Assembly: GCA_963842945.1 (NCBI GenBank)
Contig: CAWJIM010000001.1
Location: 1-64,000, forward strand
Reading direction: 5' to 3'
Length of the DNA: 64,000 nucleotides
Source: an uncultured Gemmatimonadales bacterium
Lineage (GTDB): Bacteria; Gemmatimonadota; Gemmatimonadetes; Gemmatimonadales; GWC2-71-9
Position 1 is the first letter of the stretch; each line of letters starts with the position of its first letter. Position numbers and translations under genes: made by a program. Under the pieces are notes generated by a model. The model saw only the letters and a list, made by a program, of their open reading frames with translations. It did not search any database and had not been told where the DNA came from. This document shows positions 55,753 through 64,000 of this stretch, piece by piece.

Positions 55753-55813
55753 CTTGCGTAAATACAAATAACTAGGCTTTGTCAATCCTCTGTTGAGTAG
55801 TACGGCACAACTT

Positions 55814-55842
55814 TTGACTCAGCCATGGTGGCCTGTTAGTTT
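55814..55842 (+). promoter_or_regulatory. sigma70 promoter (extended -10) of the kdsB operon, probably leaderless
   Basis: TTGACT-N17-TAGTTT preceded by TGn; ATG at 55848. Confidence 0.65.
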
Positions 55843-55847
55843 CCGTG

Positions 55848-58262
<2,415 letters not shown>

Positions 58263-59063
58263 GTGCCGTGGTCGTTCGGCCGGACACCTTTCCTCATCGC
58301 TGGGCCGTGTGTCATTGAGCCGGGGGATGTGCTCCTGCGAGTAGCGGAGGTGCTCGCCGGTCTGGAGCGCGACCTCGGCATCCCCGTTTGCCTGAAGGCC
58401 AGTTTCGACAAGGCGAACCGATCCCGTTTGGGTGCCAGTCGCGGGCCCGGCCTGCAGGAAGGACTTCGGTCGCTCGAGCGTGCCCGGACCGAGAGTGGTC
58501 TCCCAGTTCTCACCGACATTCACGAGCCTCAGCAGGCGCTTCCGGTGGCCCAGGTCGTCGATGCATTGCAGATCCCGGCCTTTCTCTGTCGTCAGACCGA
58601 CCTGCTGATTGCCGCGGGCCGCAGCGGGAAACCGGTCAATGTGAAGAAAGGGCAGTGGCTGGATCCCGAGGCCATGCGGGGAGCCGTGGAGAAGGTGCGC
58701 AGCGCAGGAGCTCCGGAAGTGGCTGTGACGGAGCGCGGCACCTTCTTCGGGTACGGCGACCTGGTGGTGGACATGCGGAACTTCAGCCGCCTCCGCTCCG
58801 CGACTGGAGCGCCGGTCATCTTCGATGCAACCCACTCGGTGCAGCAGCCGGGCCAGGGGGACGCAGGCTCCAGTGGAGGCCAGCGCGAATTCATACCGAC
58901 CCTCCTGGCGGCCGCCGCGGCCGCCGGTGCCGACGGCTTTTTTCTCGAGACCCATCCCGATCCTGCCGCGGCCCTCAGCGACTCCGCCACCCAATGGCCG
59001 CTCGAGCGTTTGGCCGAACTGGTCGGCCAGACGCTCGAGATATGGGGCAGAGCCCGAGTATGA
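58263..59063 (+). CDS. kdsA: KDO8P synthase (Cys-containing, metal-dependent type)
   Basis: AGPCVIE, KASFDKANR, QIPAFLCRQT and DATHSVQ. Confidence 0.95.
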   Translation: MPWSFGRTPFLIAGPCVIEPGDVLLRVAEVLAGLERDLGIPVCLKASFDKANRSRLGASRGPGLQEGLRSLERARTESGLPVLTDIHEPQQALPVAQVVDALQIPAFLCRQTDLLIAAGRSGKPVNVKKGQWLDPEAMRGAVEKVRSAGAPEVAVTERGTFFGYGDLVVDMRNFSRLRSATGAPVIFDATHSVQQPGQGDAGSSGGQREFIPTLLAAAAAAGADGFFLETHPDPAAALSDSATQWPLERLAELVGQTLEIWGRARV

Positions 59064-59620
59064 GCGCGCTAACCGCTGCAGCAGCCCGGAAGGTTCGTCT
59101 CCTTGGCCTGGATGTCGATGGAGTGCTCACCGACAACGGGGTATACATCGGTCCCGTGGCCGGGGATCGGGTCGAGCTGAAGCGTTTCGATATTCAGGAC
59201 GGACTGGGCCTCATCCTGCTCAAGACCGCGGGAATGCCGGTGGTCTGGGTCAGCGGGCGCGCTTCGGATGCTACCGCCCTTCGTGCGGCGGAGTTGCGAG
59301 TCGAGGAGCTGCTGCAGGTTCCTGGACCGCGGAAGGCCGAGGCATTCGAGCAGGTCCTTCAGCGGCTCGGCGTTGGGTGGCACGAAGTTGCCTTTGTGGG
59401 TGACGATCTGGCCGACCTGCCGATACTCCGACGAGTAGGACTCCCGATCGCGGTCGCCAACGCCGTTGCCGAGGTCAAAGAGATCTCGACTTATACCACC
59501 AGCGCCCGGGGCGGGCACGGCGCCGTCCGCGAGGTGGTTGAGGCATTGCTTCGCGCCCGCGGCGAATGGCCGGCCATTCTCGAACGCTACTTCACGGAGC
59601 AGGCCGCCGGTGCCGCTTAA
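59060..59620 (+). CDS. kdsC: KDO8P phosphatase (HAD)
   Basis: DVDGVLTD, DGLG, VGDD..D and GGHGAVRE. Confidence 0.93.
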   Translation: MSALTAAAARKVRLLGLDVDGVLTDNGVYIGPVAGDRVELKRFDIQDGLGLILLKTAGMPVVWVSGRASDATALRAAELRVEELLQVPGPRKAEAFEQVLQRLGVGWHEVAFVGDDLADLPILRRVGLPIAVANAVAEVKEISTYTTSARGGHGAVREVVEALLRARGEWPAILERYFTEQAAGAA

Positions 59621-60587
59621 GGAATCGGACCTGATCCAGGTTGGACGTCGAGTCCTCGAGCTGGAGGCGTCCGAGATCTCTGCCGCGGCAGGCCGGCTGG
59701 ATTCGGCATTCGCCAGAGCCGTGCGGATCCTGGCCGGCGCCAAAGGCAGGGTCATCGTCTCCGGCGTGGGGAAATCCGGCCTCATCGCCAGGAAGATTGC
59801 CGCAACGTTGACGTCGACCGGGACTCCGGCCTCGTATCTCCATCCGGTGGATTCGCTCCACGGTGATCTAGGAATTGTTGGGAAAGACGATGTGGCCATC
59901 GTTCTCAGCAACAGCGGCGAATCGGAGGATTTGTTCTCCCTGGTGGGCTCGCTCCAACGGCTGAGCGTCCCGATCATTGCCATTACCGGAGCCGTGGACT
60001 CTGCATTAGCGCGGCTGGCTTCGGTCGTTCTGGATGGCCGGGTCCGGGAGGAGGCCGGTCCCGACAGCGTAGCGCCCACCACGAGCACCAGCGTGGCATT
60101 GGCGTTGGGCGATGCGCTCGCCATAGCGCTGCTGGAGGAGAGGGGATTTCGTGGAGAGGAGTTCGCCAAGGCCTTCGCCCAGAGACATCCGAAAGGCAGC
60201 CTGGGTCTGCGACTCCTGCTCCGCGTACGGGATGTGATGCTGCCCCCCGGGCGCCTGCTGCGTTCTGAGGCCCCGATGAAAGAGGCTGTGGTGAGCCTGG
60301 CTCACGACCGCGGACTCGCGATGGTAGCCGATAGCGGCCATCTGTCCGGCGTCCTGACCACCGGCGATCTGACCCGGCTGGCCGAGCGCGATCCCAACTT
60401 CTTGGAGCGTCCCGTGGCAGCGGTCATGAATCGATCTCCGAAGACCGCGGCTCCTGACGATCTGGCAGCCGCAGCGGTGGGCGTGATGCAGACGCACGGC
60501 GTCATCGTGCTCCCGGTGGTGGAGAATGGCGGGGCGATTGTGGGCGTTGTTCACCTGCACGATCTGATGCGAGCGGGGGCGGTGTGA
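59610..60587 (+). CDS. kdsD: Arabinose-5-phosphate isomerase (SIS plus CBS domains)
   Basis: GVGKSG, HGDLG, SNSGES, APTTST and HP.GSLG. Confidence 0.93.
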   Translation: MPLKESDLIQVGRRVLELEASEISAAAGRLDSAFARAVRILAGAKGRVIVSGVGKSGLIARKIAATLTSTGTPASYLHPVDSLHGDLGIVGKDDVAIVLSNSGESEDLFSLVGSLQRLSVPIIAITGAVDSALARLASVVLDGRVREEAGPDSVAPTTSTSVALALGDALAIALLEERGFRGEEFAKAFAQRHPKGSLGLRLLLRVRDVMLPPGRLLRSEAPMKEAVVSLAHDRGLAMVADSGHLSGVLTTGDLTRLAERDPNFLERPVAAVMNRSPKTAAPDDLAAAAVGVMQTHGVIVLPVVENGGAIVGVVHLHDLMRAGAV

Positions 60588-60589
60588 TG

Positions 60590-60713
60590 GACAGGGCGGA
60601 AAAGACGGGAAGGACGGGAAGGACGGGAACGTCCAGACTCTTTGGCGCCGCATGAGCGCTTCGGGGAAGGCTGTTCCTTTCCGTCATTCCCGTCCTTCCC
60701 CTCGTCCCCGTCC
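60590..60713. repeat. 9-bp tandem repeats with inverted arm
   Basis: (gacgggaag) x3 upstream; ttccgtc attcccgtc cttcccctc gtccccgtc downstream. Confidence 0.7.
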
Positions 60714-61213
60714 TTTCATGCGAGGACCCCGGGGTCAAACCCACGACCACCGTGCAGGCCGCGGACAGCGCCGACCAGGTGCTCGAGGGATTTTCTCATT
60801 ACGTCACCAACGAGGGGATCCTGCGGAGCCGGGTCGAGGCCGACACCGCCTTTTTCTACGAGCCGACGCAGATCACCGAGCTACACAAGGTGAAGGTCGT
60901 CTTCTTCGATGTGAAAGGGGCGGAGAGCTCGACCCTCACCGCTCAGCGGGGGACCTACCGCTGGCAGGACGGCTCGATGGAGGCCAAGGGCAACGTGGTG
61001 GTCGTCTCCCCAGATGGGCGCCGATTGGCCACCAGCGCTCTGCGCTACGAGAACGCAACCAATCTGATCATGACGGACCAGCACTTCACCTTCGATCGGG
61101 GAGACGAGCACCTGGAAGGAAACAGCTTCCGCTCGGACCCTGACTTCAAGAATGTCGTCACCGATCGCCCGCGCGGCGTTACCGGCAACGGCATGCTGCT
61201 GCCGGGGCAATGA
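60652..61213 (+). CDS. lptC: LPS export protein LptC, putative lipoprotein, start uncertain
   Basis: LFLSVIPVLPLVPVLSC lipobox-like signal in frame with ORF 60752..61213; jellyroll pattern LTA..G, GNVVV; kdsD-lptC-lptA-lptB-rpoN synteny. Confidence 0.8.
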
Positions 61214-61215
61214 GA

Positions 61216-61306
61216 CGGGGCAGCGGGGTAGCGGGGCAGGGAGGCAGCTTCCAACGGCAGTGAGGGTTGTTGCTGCGGTCGCCCCGCCTGCCCCGCCGCC
61301 CCCCGC
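61216..61306. repeat. 8-bp tandem repeats with inverted arm
   Basis: cggggcag cggggtag cggggcag versus gccccgcc tgccccgc cgccccccgc. Confidence 0.65.
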
Positions 61307-62624
61307 TTGGCTGGCCTGCTGACCTTCTTTGCGGTCGCCACCGCGAACGGCCAAGCCGGCCACTGCGTCTTCCAGATCACCAACGTGGACCGGCAGGGCG
61401 CCGTGGTCGAGACGCCGCAGGGCACCAACTACTTTGCGGGCGGCAACGTTCAGCTCCGCTGTAAGGGCTCACAGGTCACCATGCAAAGCGACAGCGTGGC
61501 AGCCTACGGCGGCACTGTGGTGCGTTTCATCGGGAACGTGAAGTACCGCGACTCCACCCTCACCATGGACGCGGACAAGGGCACCTACTACAAGAACGGC
61601 GAGAAGTGGGAGGCCCGGGGTAAGGTCTTCACCCAGAACCTTCGGAACGGCTCCAAGCTCACCGGGCCGGCGCTGGACTACTATCGGGTGGTGAAAGGGG
61701 TGAGGGACACGCTGGCGATGTATGCCACCGGCCGGCCTCGCATCGAATACGCCGATGCCGAGCCGACTGCGCAAACCTGCGGAGCCCTACATGATCGTGG
61801 CCGACCGGGTCCGGTTCAAGGGCAACGATCGGCTCTGGGCGGGGGGCAAGGTCACCATCGATCGGAGTGATTTTTCCGCCCGGGGCGACTCGCTACGGCT
61901 GGACACGGGGAAGGGCAGCGACGGCACCCTGGTGGGTGGAGCCCCCATCATGCGGGGTTTGGGCCGGGACAGCTTCAGCCTGACCGGGAAGCGGCTCGAC
62001 CTCAAGCTGCAGGGGCGGGAGATCAACTATGTGATCGCCAAGGGCAATGGTCATGCCGTGAGCAAGGAGTGGGACCTGGTTGCCGATACTATTGGTCTCG
62101 ACATCAAGAATCGCAGGCTGGAACGAACTCTGGCCTGGGGAGACTCGATTCGGCCCAACGCCAACTCGCCCGCGTATGCCATGCGGGCGGACTCACTGGC
62201 CCTGGACACGCCGGGCCAGCAGTTGAAGGAAGTCCGGGGATTCGGCAAAGCCTGGCTCGGCGGCACCATCGATGCCCGAACCAAACAGCGAGACTGGATG
62301 CGGGGCGACACCGTGGTCGCTCAGTTCGTCCAGAAGGATTCGGCCGGAACCCAGCACGCGGCCTTGAGTCGGATCGTGGCCCGAAAACGCGCCCAGTCGT
62401 TTCATCTCGATCCCAGTCCGCGGTACCCCGATCGGCCATCGATCAATTACGCCCGGGGCGACGTGATCGTCATGACCATGAAGCGGGGAGCTCAGGGCGG
62501 AGTGGACCGGGTGGACGTCCAGGGGCTCCAGGACGGAATTCAGCTCGAGGCAAGTGACGCTCCACCGGCTGATTCCCTTCGGACCCGCAGCGACTCGCTG
62601 TCGCGGCGCCAGGGGGGCCGATGA
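61260..62624 (+). CDS. Large OstA/LptA-like periplasmic beta-jellyroll protein, frameshifted
   Basis: Signal-like N-terminus; repeated GNV, ADS/GDS/GDT strand motifs; lies between lptC and lptB. Confidence 0.7.
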
Positions 62625-63781
62625 CCGCACCGGAGTGGGTATCCGCCCTGGGCGACCGTGATCCGTCGGTCCCGATCGGATTGGCGGCCATCGTACGCGC
62701 GGCCGGACCGACAGACAGTATCGCCTTCTCGGATCTGGTGCATAGCTATCGCGAGGCCTACCTCGCCTGTTACCAGCAGATCGGAGAGGCGGACCAGGAA
62801 GTCTCCGGCGACGACGTCCGGCACCACCTCACTTCCTCCGTGCTGCCGCGCCTGGCCACCGAGGGATGGATCCTGGACACGGCCGCGGGCTATTGGCAGA
62901 CGGTGCGGCCCCGAGTGGCCTGGTGGGGGCCCACGCAGCAAGAACGGCAAACGGTCTATGACGCGCTCCTGAGCTCCGCCCGCCGGGCGGTGCAACGGGC
63001 CAAGACCTACACCCGAAAGCGCACCTCCGCCAGCGTTCTCGAGGGCCTTGATCTGCGCAAGAGCTTCAAGGGCCGGCCAGTGGTCGACCGGGTCAGCGTG
63101 AGAGTTGAGCAGGGCGAGATCGTTGGTCTGCTGGGGCCCAATGGGGCGGGAAAGACCACGACCTTCTACCTTATTACTGGTTTGATCCTGCCCGACGAAG
63201 GACGGGTACTGCTGGACGGCGTGGAATTGACCAGCGCGCCGATGTATCAGCGGGCACGAAGCGGCATCGGGTATCTGGCCCAGGAACCCTCGGTGTTCCG
63301 AAGGATGACCGTCGAGGAGAACATCCTGGCCATTTTGGAGACCCGACCGATGGCTCGGGAGGAGCGTCACCGGCAGCTCGATCGCATGCTTGACGAGTTG
63401 TCCATCAAGCATCTGAGAAAGAGCCGGGCCTACTCACTGAGTGGAGGCGAGCGGCGCCGACTGGAGATCACCCGGGCCTTGGTCTCCGATCCCAAGTTCA
63501 TGCTGCTGGACGAGCCGTTCGCCGGAGTAGACCCGATCGCGGTTCACGACATCCAAACGATCGTCGCAGGACTGCGGCACCGCGGGATCGGCGTGCTGAT
63601 TACCGATCATAACGTTGAACAGACCCTCGACATTGTAGACCGGGCATACATCATGTTCGAAGGCAAAGTGCAGGCCTCGGGAACCGTTCGTGAGCTGGTC
63701 TATGACGACCGTGTCGCGCAGTTGTATCTCGGACCCACCCTCACGGCCAGGCTTCGGGCCCGACTCGAGGCAGTCGCATGA
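62621..63781 (+). CDS. lptB: LPS export ATPase LptB with a long N-terminal extension
   Basis: [48 protein letters not shown] and YLG. Confidence 0.93.
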   Translation: MTAPEWVSALGDRDPSVPIGLAAIVRAAGPTDSIAFSDLVHSYREAYLACYQQIGEADQEVSGDDVRHHLTSSVLPRLATEGWILDTAAGYWQTVRPRVAWWGPTQQERQTVYDALLSSARRAVQRAKTYTRKRTSASVLEGLDLRKSFKGRPVVDRVSVRVEQGEIVGLLGPNGAGKTTTFYLITGLILPDEGRVLLDGVELTSAPMYQRARSGIGYLAQEPSVFRRMTVEENILAILETRPMAREERHRQLDRMLDELSIKHLRKSRAYSLSGGERRRLEITRALVSDPKFMLLDEPFAGVDPIAVHDIQTIVAGLRHRGIGVLITDHNVEQTLDIVDRAYIMFEGKVQASGTVRELVYDDRVAQLYLGPTLTARLRARLEAVA

Positions 63782-64000
63782 GAACCGGGCTTTCCCAGCA
63801 CACCAGCCTTCGCCAGGAGCTCCGGGTCAATCCACGGCTCTACCAGGCCATGGATATGCTGTACATGCCCATGATGGATCTGCAGCAGCACCTCAAGCAG
63901 GAGCTGCTGGCTAACCCCTTCCTGGAGCTGCTCGAGCCGGAGGACGAGACCACCGAGCAGCCCGCCGCCGAGGAGCAAAAGGAGCAGAAGGAGAAGGAGG
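63778..64000 (+). CDS. rpoN: RNA polymerase sigma-54 factor, 5' part (runs off the window)
   Basis: [45 protein letters not shown]; conserved position after lptB. Confidence 0.88.
   Translation, partial: MRTGLSQHTSLRQELRVNPRLYQAMDMLYMPMMDLQQHLKQELLANPFLELLEPEDETTEQPAAEEQKEQKEKE

Noticed and set aside
55750..55780. AT-rich taacttgcgtaaatacaaataactag as a Xer/dif-like site
   Set aside because: Poor dyad symmetry and no match to the dif XerD arm. More likely an upstream promoter element.

Overview
High-GC Gram-negative bacterial chromosome segment. Gene order and repeat style suggest Gemmatimonadota, which is an inference only. Many single-base frameshifts hit essential genes (nuoG/K/L/M, pyrG, mqnC), so this is probably an unpolished long-read assembly and most split ORFs are treated here as intact genes. 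Positions 1-17.6 kb are an accessory cell-surface glycosylation region. It starts with a mosaic of gene fragments, then two GT87 genes and a lower-GC cassette encoding a GMC oxidoreductase and a small Tat-like protein. A minus-strand run follows: deacetylase-GT2 fusion, two FAD oxidoreductases, a second deacetylase, an epimerase, a methyltransferase remnant and an ArnT/GT39-like transferase, facing a divergent metallophosphoesterase-wecB pair. Positions 18.6-64 kb are core genome: nuoA-N behind a sigma70 promoter and Rex-like operator, PMM/PGM, UPF0182, carbamate kinase, sucCD, ndk, yceD-rpmF-plsX-fabHDG-acpP-fabF, mqnE-mqnA-mqnC, ispF, a DedA-TerB fusion, xerD, an ABC exporter, trpG/pabA, and kdsB-pyrG-kdsA-kdsC-kdsD-lptC-lptA-like-lptB-rpoN. 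Best novelty candidates are (i) a putative Arn/Flm-like lipid-carrier sugar-modification system with extra flavoenzymes, (ii) an Lpt module whose LptB has a ~135-aa N-terminal extra domain and whose LptA-like protein is oversized, (iii) tandem-repeat hairpins with bridging mini-ORFs at three gene junctions, and (iv) the DedA-TerB fusion. No rRNA, complete tRNA, CRISPR array or transposase was seen.
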